64,000 nt of DNA, taken from assembly GCA_030390025.1 (NCBI GenBank), contig CM059425.1, forward strand, positions 167,712,001 to 167,776,000, written 5' to 3'. Each line of letters opens with the position of its first letter. The stretch's first letter is position 1. Of the stretch, positions 45,944 through 58,570 are shown piece by piece. Source of the DNA: Squalus acanthias. Its lineage: Eukaryota. The notes under the pieces are model-generated. The model worked only from the letters and a program-made list of their open reading frames with translations. It did no database searches and had not been told where the DNA came from. Made by a program: the position numbers and the translations under genes.

Positions 45944-47952
45944 AGAGAATCCGACCTACTTACCTGACGTGATCTCCAAATGACGTGAACCCCGTTAAAA
46001 ATGTGGGAAAATAGAAAAAGTCTGGCAAAATAGTAGTTAACAAGCACTTAACAAGCAGTTAACTATCTTAAATGCCTCACTCGCCGCTTCGTGTCGGGTC
46101 TGTTCTGAAATCGCAGACCCAACACTTTGGAAACTTACATGGAGGCGGGTTCGCGGTGGGTGCGCAACCCACCGTCAATCATCTCGAATTTAACAGCTGA
46201 CCCGCCTCTGAACCTGCACTCTGAGCGGCAGCAAAATCGCGGCCTTTGTGTTTGTCTTCACGGAAGAAGACGCAAAAAACTTCCCAGAAATAGTGGAGAA
46301 CCAAGGGTCTAGCGAGAATGAGGAACTGAAAGAAATTAGTATTAGCAAAAAAATAGTACTGGAGAAATTAATGGGACTGAAAGCCAATAAATCCCCTGGA
46401 CCTGGATGGCCTACATTTTTGAAAGAGATGACTATAAAGATAATGGATGCATTGGTTGTCATTTTCCAAAATTCCATAGATTCTATAACAGTTCCCGCGG
46501 ATTGGAAAATAGCAAATGTAACACCACTATTTAAGGAGGGAGAGAGAAAACGGGGAACTACAGACCAGTTAGCCTGACATCAGTAGTCGGGAAAATGCTA
46601 GAATCTATTATTAAGGATGTGGTAACAGGGCACTTAGAAAATAATAATAGGATTGGGCAGAGTCAACATGGATTTATGAAAGGGAAATCGAGTTTGACGA
46701 ATCTGTTAGAGTTTTTTGAGGTTGTAACTTGCAGAATAGATAAGGGGGAACCAGTGGATGTGGTGTATTTGGATTTTCAGAAGGCATTCGATAAGGTGCC
46801 ACACAAGAGGTTATTAAACAAAATTAGGGCTCATGGGATTGGGGGTAATATACTAGCATGGATTGAGGATTGGTTAACGGACAGAAAACAGGGAGTAGGA
46901 ATAAACGGGTCACTTTCGTGTTGGCAGGCTGTAACTAGTGGGGTACCGCAAGGATCAGTTCTTGGGCCTCAGCTATTTACAATCTACATCAATGATTTGG
47001 ATGAGGGGACCAAAGGTAATATATCCAAGTTTGCTGATGATACAAAGCTGGGTGGGAATGTAAGTTGTGAGGAGGATGCAAAGAGGCTTCATGGGGATAT
47101 AGACAGGCTAAGTGAGTGGGCAAGAAAATGGCAAATTGAATATAATGTGGAGAAATGTGAAGTTATCCACTTTGGTAGGAAAAATAGAAAAGCAGAGTAC
47201 TTTTTAAATGGTGAGAGATTGGGAAATGTTGGTGTTCAGAGGGACCTGGGTGTCCTTGTACACAAATCACTGAAAGTTAACATGCAGGTACAGCAAGCAA
47301 TTAGCAAAGCAAATGGTATGTTGGCCTTTATTACAAGAGGATTTGAGTATAAGAGTAAAGACATCTTACTGCAATTATATAGGGCCCTGGTGAGACCACA
47401 CCTGGAGTATTGTGTACAGTTTTGGTCTCCTTACCTAAGGAAGGATATACTTGCCATAGATGGAGTGCAACGCAGTTTCACCAGACTGGTTTCTGGGATG
47501 GGGGGATTGTCCTATGAGGAGAGATTTAGTAGACTAGGCCTATATTCTCTAGAGTTTAGAAGAATGAGAGGTGATCACATTGAAACATACAAAATTCTTA
47601 CAGGTCTTGACAGGGTAAATGCAGGGAGGATGTTTCCCCTGGCTGGGGAGTCTAGAACCAGGGGTCACAGTCTCAGAATAAGGGGTCGGCCATTTAGGAC
47701 TGAGAGGAGGAGAAATTTCTTCACTCAGAGGGTGCTGAATCTTTGGAATTCTCTACCCCAGATGGCTGTGGAGGCTCAGTCATTGAGTATATTCAAGATA
47801 GAGATCGATAGATTTTTGAATATTAAGGAAATCAAGGGATATGGGGATAGTGCAGGAAAGTGGAGATGAGGTAGAAGATCAGCCATGATCTTATTGAAAG
47901 GCAGAGCAGGCTCGAAGGGCCAAATGGCCTACTGCTGCTCCTATTTCTTATG

Positions 47953-48980
47953 AGTAGGCCATATTGCCCCTCGAGCCTACACCGCCATTCAATAAGATCA
48001 TGGCTGATCTTCGATCTCAACTCCACTTTCCTGCCCGAACCCCATTTCCCTTGATTCCTCCGGAGTTCAAAAATCTATCGATCTCAGCCTTGAATATACT
48101 CAACAACTCAGCTTCCACAGCATTTGGGGCAGAGAATTCCAAAGATTCACAACCCTCTGAGTGAAGAAATGTCTCCTCATCTCAGTCTTAAAAGGCTGGG
48201 CCCTTATCCTCAGACTATGCCCCCTAGTTCTAGACTCTCCAGCCAGGGGAAACAATCTCTCAGCATTTATCCTGTCAATCCCCCTCAGAATCTTATATGT
48301 TTCAATGAGATCACCTCTCATTCTTCTAAACTCTAGAGAGTATAGGCCCAATCTACTCAATCTTTCCTCATAGGACAACCCTCTCATCCCTGGAATCAAT
48401 CCAGTGAACCTTTGTTGCACCGTCTCAAAGGCAAGTATATCCTTCCTTAAATATGGAGACCAAAACTGTGCACAGTACTCCAGGTGTGGTCTACCAAAGC
48501 CCTGTACAGTTGTAGCAAGACTTCCTTACTCTTGTACTCCAATCCTCTAGCAATAAAGGCCAACATACCATTTGCCTTCCTAATTGCTTACTGTACCTGC
48601 ATGCTAACTTTTGGTGTTTCTTGCACTAGGACACGGAAATATCTCTGAACACCAACATTTAATAGTTTTTCACCATTTAAAAAATATTTTGTTTTTCTAT
48701 TCTTCCTACCAAAGTGAATAACCTCACATTTCCCCACATTATACTCCATCTGCCACATTATTGCCCACTCATTTAATCTGTCTATATCCCTTTGCAGGCT
48801 CTTTGCGTCCTCCTCATATCTTACTTTTCCACCTAGCTTTGTACCATCAGAAAACTTGGATACATTGCACTCGGTCCCTTCATCTAAGTCATTAATATAG
48901 ATTGTAAATAGCTGAGGCCCAAGCACTGATCCTTGCGGCACCCCACTAGTTACAGCCTGCCAATCTGAAAATGACCCTTT
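47953..48980 (-). mobile_element. 5'-truncated CR1 LINE, tail-to-tail with the preceding copy
   Basis: GVPQGSVLGP, KCEVIHFG and FFTQRVVNLWNSLP on minus; frameshifts. Confidence 0.9.
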
Positions 48981-51580
48981 TATCATAGGAACGTAGGAAC
49001 AGGAGTAGGCCATTTAGCCCCTCAAGCCTGTTCTGCCATTCAATGAGATCATGGTTGATCTACGATCTAACTCCTTTGGCCCATGTCCCTTAATACCTTT
49101 GGTTAACAGAAAGCTATCAATCGCCGATTTAAAATTAACAATTGATCTAGCATCAATTGCCGTTTGCGGAAGAGAATTTCAAACTTCTACCACCCTTTGT
49201 GTGTAGAAATGTTTCCTAATTTCACTCCTGAAAGGTCTGGCTCTAATTTTTAGACTATGCCCCCTAGTCCTAGAATCTCCAACCAGCAGAAATAGTTTCT
49301 CTCTATCTACCCCATCTGTTCCCCTTAATATCTTGAAAACTTCGATCAGATCACCCCTTAACCTTCTAAATTCTAGGGAATACAACCCTAATTTGTGTAA
49401 TCTCTCCTTGTAATTTAACCCTTTAAGTCCGGGTATCATTCTGGTTAACCTACGCTGCACTTCCTCCATGGCCAATATATACTTCCTAAGGTGTGGTGCC
49501 CAGAATTGCTCACAGTACTCCAGGTGTGGCCTAACCAGGGTTTTGTACAGCTGCAGCATAACTTCTGCCCCTTTGTACTCTAGTCCTCTAGATATAAAGG
49601 CCAACATTCCATTAGCATTTTTGATTATTTTCTGTGCCTGCTTATGACATTATAATGATCTATGTACCTGAACCCCCAAGTCTCTTTGGACATTCACTGT
49701 TTTTAGTTTTTCACAATTTAGAAATTACCCTGTTCTATCCTTTTTAGGTCCAAAGTGGATGACCTCACATTTGCTTACATTGCAATCCATTTGCCACTGT
49801 TTTGCCCATTCACTTAATCTATCAATATTCCTTTGTAATTTTATGCTTTCATTTACACTGCCTACAATGTCACCTATCTTTGTGTCATCGGCAAATTTGG
49901 ATATATGACTTTCTATGCCATCATGTAAGTCGTTAATAAATATTGTGAATAATTGAGGCCCCAACACAGATCTCTGCAGGACACCACTAGTCACATCCTG
50001 CCAATTTGAGTACCTTCCCATTATCCCTGATGTCTGTCTCCTGCCACTCAGCCAATTTCCTAACCAGGTCAATAATTTGCCCTCAATTCTATGGACTTCT
50101 ACCTTAGATAACAGTCCCTTATCTGGGACTTTATCAAATGCCTTCTGGAAGTCCATATAAATAATATCCATAGACATTCCCCTGTCCACTACTTTATGTT
50201 GGCCTTCATAGCGAGAGGATTCGAGTACAGGAGCAAGGATGTCTTGCTGCAGTTGTACAAGGCCTTGGTGAGACCACACCTTGAGTATTGTGTGCAGTTT
50301 TGGTCGCCTTATCTGAGGAAGGATGTTCTTGCCATGGAGGGAGTGCAGCGAAGATTTACCAGACTGATACCTGGGATGGCAGGAATGACGTATGAAGAGA
50401 AATTGGGTCGATTAGGCTTATATTCGCTAGAGTTTAGAAGAATGAGAGGGGATCTCATTGAAACTTATAAAATTCTAACAGGACTAGACAGACTAGATGC
50501 AGGAAGGATGTTCCCGATGGCGGGGGAGTCCAGAACCAGAGGTCACAGTCTAAGGATAAGGGGTAAGCCATTTAGGACTGAGATGAGGAGGAATTTCTTC
50601 ACCAAGAGTGGTGAACCTGTGGAATTCTCTACCACAGAAGGCAGTTGAGGTCAATTCATTAAATATATTCAAGAAGGAGTTAGATATATTTCTTAAGGCT
50701 AAAGGGACCAAGGGATATGGGGAGAAAGCAGGGACAGGGTACTGAATTTGGATGATCAGCCATGATCTCATTAAATGGCGGAACAGGCTCGAGGGGCCGA
50801 ATGGCCTACTCCTGCTCTTATCTTCTATGTTTCTATGTTTCTATAACAACCATAGACATTCCCCTGTCCATAACTTTAGTCACGTCTTCAAAAAATTCAA
50901 TCAGGTTTGTCAGGCATGACCTACCTTTCACAAATCCATGCTGGCTCTCGCTGATCAACTAAAAATTTTCCAGGTGTTCAGTCACCCTATCCTTAATTAT
51001 AGACTCCAGCAGTTTCCCAACAACAGATATTAGGCTAACTGGTCTATAATTCCCCGATTTCCCTCTTTCGCCATTCTTAAAAAGCGGAGTGGACATACGC
51101 AATTTTCCAATCTAAAGGGACGGTTCCTGAATCTGGAGAACTTTGGAAGATTATAGTTAGGACATCTGCAATGTACTCACCTACTTCCTTTAAAACCATG
51201 GGAAAGAAACCATCTGGCCCTGGGGATTTGTCACTCTTTAGTGCCATTATTTTCTTCATTACTGTTATTTTACTTACGTTAACTTTATTGAGTCCCTGTC
51301 CCCGATTCAATATTAGTTTCTTTGGGATTTCCAGCATGCTATCCTCTTCTTCTACTGTAAATTCTGACTCAAAGTAATTATTGAACATGTCCGCCATTTC
51401 CCCATTGTCATTGACAATATCACCGCTTTCAGTTTTTAAGGGGCCAACATTGCTCCTGACCACCCTCTTTTTCCTAATGTAATTGTAAAAATTCTTCATA
51501 TTAATTTTGATATCTCTTGCAAGTTTCTTTTCATACTCCCTTTTTGTAGCTCTTACTATTTGTTTTGTGACCCTTTGCCC
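48981..51580 (-). mobile_element. Decayed CR1 LINE interrupted by a younger CR1
   Basis: ORF2 pieces at 51077-51499, 49725-50195 and 49179-49607; 3' tail at ~48981. Confidence 0.9.
50197..50842 (+). mobile_element. 5'-truncated young CR1 with a long flanking duplication
   Basis: Near-identical to 25878-26520; 36-bp direct repeat at 50161-50196 and 50843-50878. Confidence 0.92.
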
Positions 51581-51590
51581 CTACTCTCTG

Positions 51591-52456
51591 TTTGGGGCAC
51601 AATTATCGGCCGGGCGCAAAGATTAGCGCCTGGCGCTAATTATCGCCTCCAACTGCAAACTTGACTTTTATCGCCCCTGGAGGTGATTGGAGTGTTAAAT
51701 CAGGCACTACACATCTGTCTTAAGGCGCAAAGGCCGAGGAGCGAGGCGCTAACTCAGAGCGCTGGCGAAGCTCATGAGATGTCAGTCAGCAATGGAACAC
51801 AGTCACAATGGCCCCGGCCAGTTCTTAAAGGGGAGGGTTGATCTTGCTCTCCATCCACATCCTGCTCATTGCAGCCTTGAATCTCGGCCTGGAGAGACCT
51901 GTACATCAAATCTGCTGGAAAGAACAATTGAGAGGCCCAGGGAAAGAGCTCAGAGTGCAGCCCCCACAGTCTCTTCTAAATCGATACAAGGAAGGGCAAA
52001 TCAAAATGAACCTGCAAAGTGCTGCTCAGTACCCAAAACTCCTTCACACAGCGTTGAATCTCTCCAGAAGTCTCTCTCTCTCTCTCAGAATGCGTGGTTC
52101 AAAAATGTCACCAACAAAAAAAGGCAGGAAGCGGTCGCCTTTAAATAGCGCTCCCCCAGCCCCTTCCTGACTGCAAAACGTTCCCCTCAACCTGTCATTG
52201 CTAGCGGCAGGCGGTAAGGCAGGGGGCACCACTCAATATCTGCTCCGGGGCGCTACCAGGGTATTGCGCACTCGACTGACGTCACGATCTGCCGGCGCAG
52301 GAGATCGTGGCGGTACTGTTTAGCGCCGCCGCAAAATGTCTAGTTAATTTCGCGAGCGGCGCAAACATCGCCGCGCCCGGGCGCTAGTTGCTTTGCGCCC
52401 CATTAGCGCCCTCTTAAGGTGCTAATGAGAGGCGCAACCAACTGAATTTTTCCCCC
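51591..52456 (-). mobile_element. Non-autonomous Harbinger-like element (family A), one TIR lost
   Basis: Reverse complement of 6516-7330 and 1-358; ends ACTGAATTTTTCCCCC followed by TTT. Confidence 0.88.
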
Positions 52457-52750
52457 TTTGTGTCTTCTACTGTGAAGACAGATACAAAATATTTGTTTAA
52501 AGTCTTTGTCATTTCCTTGTTCCCCAATATAATTTCTCCTGTCTCAGCCTCTAAGGGACCAACGCTTACTTTTGTCACTCTCTTCCTTTTTACATACTTG
52601 TAGAAGCTATTACAATCTGTTTTTATATTTCTTGCTAATTTACTCTCAGATTGTATTTTCTCCTTTTAATCAATTTTTTGGTCATCCTTTGCTGGTTTCT
52701 AAAGCTCTCCCAATCCTTAGGCTTACTACTATTCTTTGCAACATTATAAG
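52457..52750 (-). mobile_element. CR1 ORF2 internal fragment
   Basis: Minus strand EKIQSESKLARNIKTDCNSFYKYVKRKR..LNKYFVSVFTVEDTK. Confidence 0.8.
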
Positions 52751-53107
52751 GTTGTTGGCCTTTTAGGGCAGGTGGATGCTCTGCCCCAATAGGCCATTGT
52801 AGAATTCACAACTTAAGCCTGGGACTCGGTGTATGTGGGTCTCAGTCGAGATTGCAACTGTTCTGGTGGATTCCCACCGGATCTACGGCGGGAGTTTGCC
52901 AGAACAGGCACAGATTTTTGAGGCCCGAGTTAATGGAAAAAAAGTCAGATAAACTACCAGCTATGGCACAGATAGAATAATTAGAGTGGAAACTAGACAG
53001 TCATGAGCATAGCTGTGGTTTGAGGTCATATATAGCAAAATTGAGTATAACCCAATGATTTGCTATGAAAATAAATCATTTCCAACTTATTGCCCTTTAA
53101 CAATTGT

Positions 53108-53720
53108 GGGGATGGAATTGGATAGCGCAGGTTGGCTGATCCCTGCTCTGCAATGGATAGGTCCAAAGAACACTTGACATCGGGCCTTGGTCCTCATTTA
53201 AATTAGACTGGCGAGCAATGTTCCTGTTAAGCTGCACAGCCACACTGCTGCACAGCAGTCTGGAGGCCTTGTGCAGCCTGCTCACCAGCTTTCACATGGG
53301 AAAAACCACACATGCGGGAACATTTGAATGGGCCGCACAGTCGGTTAAAGGGGCCACGTACCCAAAAAAAATTACAGGGAACTTTGCTGGCAAGCTCTGG
53401 ACACCTTTTGTGTGTCCCCAGGCAGCTTGCCAGCGAAGCGGATTTAACTTTGGCCGTCTGTGGCACCAGCAGCTGCTGCCAGGTATCGCCTGGGAGGGAG
53501 GACAATCGGCAGGTGGGGGGGGGGGGAGGCAATTGGCAGGTGCGGGGGAGGAGAATTGAGTGGTGGGGGAGGTGATTGGGATGGGTCCAAGTGGTACCTG
53601 GCACTGACCTTCTGGATTCCTCCCTGCTCCTTTTTTAGGTAAGTATTTTTTTTTAAAGCTTACCTTTTTGGTGGCGGTCTCCAGCGGTCCCTTTAAGGAC
53701 CCCTGGCTAGGCCACATATA
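53108..53720. mobile_element. Probable non-autonomous Harbinger-like remnant
   Basis: GGGGATGGAATTGG start, G-rich interior and CCCTTTAAGG motif shared with other copies; no matching second TIR found. Confidence 0.35.
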
Positions 53721-55144
53721 GACATGGTTACCCTGAATGCAGCAGGCCCTGTGCCAAATATCTAGGCCACTCAGTCTATACTATTTCCTATTTTTACAGT
53801 TTAAAGTGTTCATGTATAAGCAGCCCTTCCTATCAGCGACAGAATTTACCGGAGTAGATTAACTACTGCACCAAAACATCCTGTCATATGGTGCAACAAC
53901 AGGCACTGTTTACAGAAGACTATAATCCAGGCATCTGCAGTAACTAAAGAAGTTGCATCCTTTACAGTGCCATAATCCTTCATACGTTCATACAGCCAGC
54001 ACATGCTTTTATTACTTAAACTATCAGTTAAGTTCAAGCCAGTTGCAGACTGAGGGGTTCAGGTGAAGTTCCAAATCTGAGGGGTTCAGATGAAGTTCAC
54101 AAATTGCTCAAGCTTTGCCTTTGTGGTTTGTGATATTATCTGAAAAACATTCGATAGTGTTTGCAGATTCATTACGTACTCCAAATCAACTGTTAATCTA
54201 ACATGTTGCCCAAAATTGTATTCTAACAACATGTTAGTTTAACACCTGCTCCCCACCCCTCAAAACAACAAATTCTCCAAAAAGATTAAGATCATTGGCA
54301 CAATGTTTAAATTTGGTCCAATGGCATCGATGAAGGAATTGACATGGGATTGACATGCTGAAGATAACTCCTGAGTTGTCAAACGTTTATGATTTATGTC
54401 TTTCTTTTGGACCAGTGCTGAGACAATGATGATGGAAATGAAAGATTAGTATTGAGTTGCCTGACTGATATATTTTAAGCTCATCGAAGGAGGAATTAAT
54501 TGCACTGTAATGCATCATGAATTTATTCTCATCAAAACTATCATTTATTCATTTATTTCCCAACCCATATCATAGGTCGTGGGAATGCAGAATTTATTAA
54601 TGCCATTTATCATTCTATTTTAGTAAGCCTGTTCAAAAGAGATAGAGTACGACCATGTGAAAGGCAGGCCAAGAGCTGGGAACAGGCTAGGCACATTGGC
54701 CATGAAATTCGGTGGTTTAGCGCCGGCCACTAAGGCCGGTTTTGATTTTAAAAATGGAGGCCGACTCGTTTCTGCTCACCGTTGTCAGAGCTCGCTCCAC
54801 ATATTTAGATGAGGCATATTGTCAATGAGTGTGCAATGCTGATTTGACGCACCAACTGCCATTTTGGACATCACCACACCTTTTAACGCCCTCTCCTAAT
54901 CATGACCAGCTGACCAAGCATTCAGCAGCTGGAAGGAGCCCCCAGCAGCGCTATTTAAAGGGATCATCAACAATTTGCTGCTGACTTGGTTTTTCAGTTC
55001 TCCTAGCTCTGTCTAAGTTTATGCAACTGTTTGGAGCTTTCTAGAGTTGTTTCAAGTTGCTGAGGTCACAGGAAGTGTTGCTGCAAGAGGAGAAAGCCTT
55101 GCTTCTCATTTAAAGGGTTCTGCTCACACTACTTGCTCACAGTC

Positions 55145-56275
55145 ATGGGGGCTCTACTTGCAGTCCCACTCACGCTTGAGTATGATAGGGAGATGGAGCG
55201 GAGGCATTGAAGAAGAGGACAAGATGCTCGCAGAGGGAGGAGGAGGAGGGCAGGAGGGTACTCAGCAGGATGCCTTACCCACCTAGGGTCTTCCACTTCT
55301 CCTACCTGCACTTAAGCCAGGAGCAGTGTATTAGGAGGCTCCGCTTCACCAGGGAGGTGGTCACAGAACTCTGCTACCTTTTGGAACCAGACCAGCAGCC
55401 TCAGAGCAGGGAGACGATGGCTCTCACGATGGTCCTCAAGGTCACCGTGGCTCTCAATTTTTTCACCACCGGATCCTTCCAGTCTGCAGCAGGCGTCATA
55501 GCGAACATCTCCCAGTTCGCCATCCATCGCTGCATCCAGGAGGTCACAGAGGCTCTCTACTCTAGGAAAGGGACTAAATTGTCTTCTCTCTGAACAGAGA
55601 AAAGCAGGATGAGTGCGCAGGTGTCTTTACGAGGATAGCGGGCATCCCCACGGTGCAGGGCAGCATCAACTGCACACACGTGGCTTTGCGTGCACCATAT
55701 ACCAATCCTGAGATGTTCTGTAACCGCAAAGGCTACCACTCACTTAATGTTCAGTTGTTGTGCGACCATGCCCAGCGCATCATGATGGTCAATGCCCGCT
55801 ATCCTGGAAGCAGTCACGATGCTGTCATTCTGCGTCAGTCCGGTCTGCCAGCAATCTTCCAGCCACCACGTCAAACCCGAGGGTGGCTGCTATGAGACAA
55901 GGGCTAGCCACTCTGCACCTGGCCGATGACTCTCCTCCGCAACCCCACCACTCGTGGCCAGCACTCATATAATGCCATGCTGCCACGAGGAACATCATCG
56001 AGCAGATCATCAGGGTGCTCAAGCAATGGTTCTGCTAACTTGTCCACTCGGGAGGAGCCCTCCAGTACTCGACAGAACGGGTGTCCCATTTTGTGGTGAT
56101 CTGCTGCATGCTCCACAACTTGGCCATCATGAACGCGCAGCCCTTGTCACCACGGGTTCCGAGACCACCCAAGGTGGAGGAGGAGGAAGAGGAGGAGGAA
56201 GGGAGGAGGCAGGCAGAAAATCCCCGTTCTGGACGTGCTATCCATGAGCACCTCATCAGACTCCAGTTCCAATGA
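55145..56275 (+). pseudogene. Harbinger transposase pseudogene
   Basis: LKVTVALNFFTTGSFQ, GSINCTHV, NRKGYHSLNVQLLCD, YPGSSHD and CCMLHNLA motifs; stops in the GDKGY region and frameshifts. Confidence 0.92.
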
Positions 56276-56479
56276 ATGAAACCCCAGATCCCCATTGCTC
56301 ACGACTTCCCCATCTTACCATCCCTCTGTCACGGAACATCACAGTGTCCTCCTGGGCACAAAGCTGAAATGAGAGCCACCACAAAACACACATTTCAAAC
56401 AAAATTCATAAATTTATCAAATTCAAATCAAAAGAAAAAAGTCAACTACTCACCCTTGTGCATTCTGTCTTTCATGTGC

Positions 56480-58321
56480 CTTTTCCTACTCTAGTGCTCC
56501 TACTGAGTGCTCCCCCATTGGCTGCAGCATGGCTGGTGGAAAGCTGCTGACTTTCAGTGTGGGAGACTACAGATGCCTTGCAGGATGACCTCAAGCAGCT
56601 CTGGACCTAGAAGGCCCGGCTGTAGACTGCTGCACCTCAGCATGGGCGGCAGCAGTCTGGGCTGGCTGGATGACAGACAGCAGCAAGGGCACTGGCAGAG
56701 TACTCATAGGTACTCATAGAAAGTTACAGCACGGAAGGAGGCCATTTCGGCCCATCGTGTCCGCTCCGGCCAACAAAGAGCTATCCAGCCTAATCCCACT
56801 TCCCAGCTCTTGGTCCGTAGCCCTGCAGGTTACAGCATCCCAAGTGCACATCCAAGTACTTTTTAAATGTGGTTAGGGTTCCTGCCTCTACCACCCTTTC
56901 AGGCAGTGAGTTCCAGACCCCCACAACCCTCTGGGTGAAGACATTTCCCCTCAAATCCCCTCTAAACCTTCCACCAATTACTTTAAATCTGTGACCCCCG
57001 GTTTTTGACCCCTCTGCTAAGGGAAATAGGTCCTTTCTATCTACTTTATCTATGCCCCTCATAATTTTATACACCTCAATAAGGTCTCCCCTCAGCCTCC
57101 TCTGTTCCAAGGAAAACAGACCCAGTCTATCCAGTCTTTCCTCATAGCTAAGATTCTCTACTCCCGGCAACATCCTTGTAAATCTCCTCTGTACCCTCTC
57201 TAGTGCAATCACATCTTTCCTGTAATGTGGTGACCAGAACTGCACGCAGTGGCAGTGGTGGGAGTATCAGTGCTGTCATCCTGAGAGATGACAGCAGGTT
57301 CTTGCACCACTGACCCACTGCCACTCCCCGGGCGACACCTCAGCATTCCTAGCAATCTGTTGGAGAACAGATTGCTGGCCTGCTGCAGCACCCTGAAAGC
57401 CCAGTCGATGATGGCCGCAGTCTGAACTTCTACTGCAGCAGTGAGATGTTGGGTCACTTCCACCTGTGCTGCAATGGAAGCTGCGAGATTTTTCACCACA
57501 CCCACCATCATATTTGGGTCCACAAGGTCTCTCATGGAGTTGCCCATCATTTCCATCCTGCAAATCATGGACTCCAAGCTCTGTGCAAAGCCCCGTGCAA
57601 TGTTGGAGCCGGACTCCTCCATGCTCCTTGACACTGACAAGAGGCTCTCTGATAGTCTTTGCATTGCACCAACATTTTCGCGTGCATGCCCATCACCCTC
57701 CTTCTGAAGGCCGCACCATCGAGGCCATCATCTGAGTCCTGTGGAGCAGAACAATGCATGAACTCGCCCTCCGGGGAACTCACACCCAAGCCTTTTCCCC
57801 TGGCTGGCTGCAGCCCACTGATGCCCAGTGACTCACCACGTGCAGATCCTCCTCTATACTACCCTCTAAAGTCCGCGCGGTGCCATTTTCTGAGCTGGTA
57901 CCTGCGAGTGTCAGATGCAGTGCCGATGTGTCTGCTTCTTCTTCACCTTCATCAGTCTCTTCCTCATGTTCAGGGACAGGCTGGCTAGCTTGTAATTACT
58001 ACGTTTCTGAATATAGAAAGGTACAAGGGTTGGGTTGCGGTGTGGGGAGGGGGTGAAAGCCAGATATCTATGCATACACCATCAGCAACTTGTAAATGAG
58101 AAGTGATTGTGGGATGAGGGGGAAGTGAGATGTGAGAAGAAGGATTAGGTATGTGCGTACTGTCATCATCAGCGATGCTTTCCACTTCTCCATTCGAAAT
58201 GGACTCTCACAGCCCCTCCAATTATTTGTAACACTGATTCCTCCAGGTCAGTTAGGTTCTCAAATCTCACTTGACCACTTCCTGGCTGCTGTTGCTCTCT
58301 GCGGTTATGAGTCACCTTTGC
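56480..58321 (-). pseudogene. Harbinger Myb-like gene exons 2-3 (3' end approximate)
   Basis: TTGCAG then AKVTHNRREQQQPGSG at 58321; RSMEESGSNIARGFAQSLE segment homologous to 30040 and 62540. Confidence 0.75.
56700..57249 (-). mobile_element. 5'-truncated CR1 3' fragment
   Basis: QFWSPHYRKDVIALERVQRRF..WNSLP; CTATGAGTAC tail repeat. Confidence 0.9.
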
Positions 58322-58570
58322 CTGCAAGAGAAAGGGAAGTGTGTCACTGAGTGTAGTGCAATATGTTTGGGTGATGTGCCTGCCATGATTGAATAGCTGG
58401 CAAAGTGTGCAAGGTGTGAGTTGTTGGTGTGAGTGATGCAGCAGTGGGAAGTGTGTGAGGATGAAGTGAAGCAATGATTGTGAGGTATGAGTGGTGATAG
58501 CTAGAAATTGTTGGCAGGTGAGTGAGTGGGGTGCAGTGCATTGAGCAGTGTGTGAGGCTTGTGGTGCAGA

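Larger units (their letters stand above)
41912..46244. mobile_element. Deleted Harbinger element containing several nested insertions
   Basis: Imperfect TIRs GGGCTGGATTTT / AAAATCGCGGCC; TTT duplicated on both sides; GGAGGCGGGTT subterminal motifs. Confidence 0.82.
41214..47952 (+). mobile_element. 5'-truncated CR1 LINE split by a 4.3-kb Harbinger insertion
   Basis: ORF2 reads AEKLNKYF at 41911 and resumes VFVFTEED after the TTT duplication; open RT segment at 46595-47869; stops and frameshifts upstream. Confidence 0.92.

Noticed and set aside
53850..53934. Possible 85-bp minus-strand exon (CTGCAG..GTAAAT)
   Set aside because: Weak donor, unrecognised peptide, no linking evidence.
54050..54104. 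Two ~27-bp direct repeats
   Set aside because: Simple tandem duplication with no spacer; not CRISPR-like.
55145..56275. Possible host HARBI1 gene
   Set aside because: Multiple stops and frameshifts, TIR-flanked and multi-copy; a transposon pseudogene rather than the domesticated gene.
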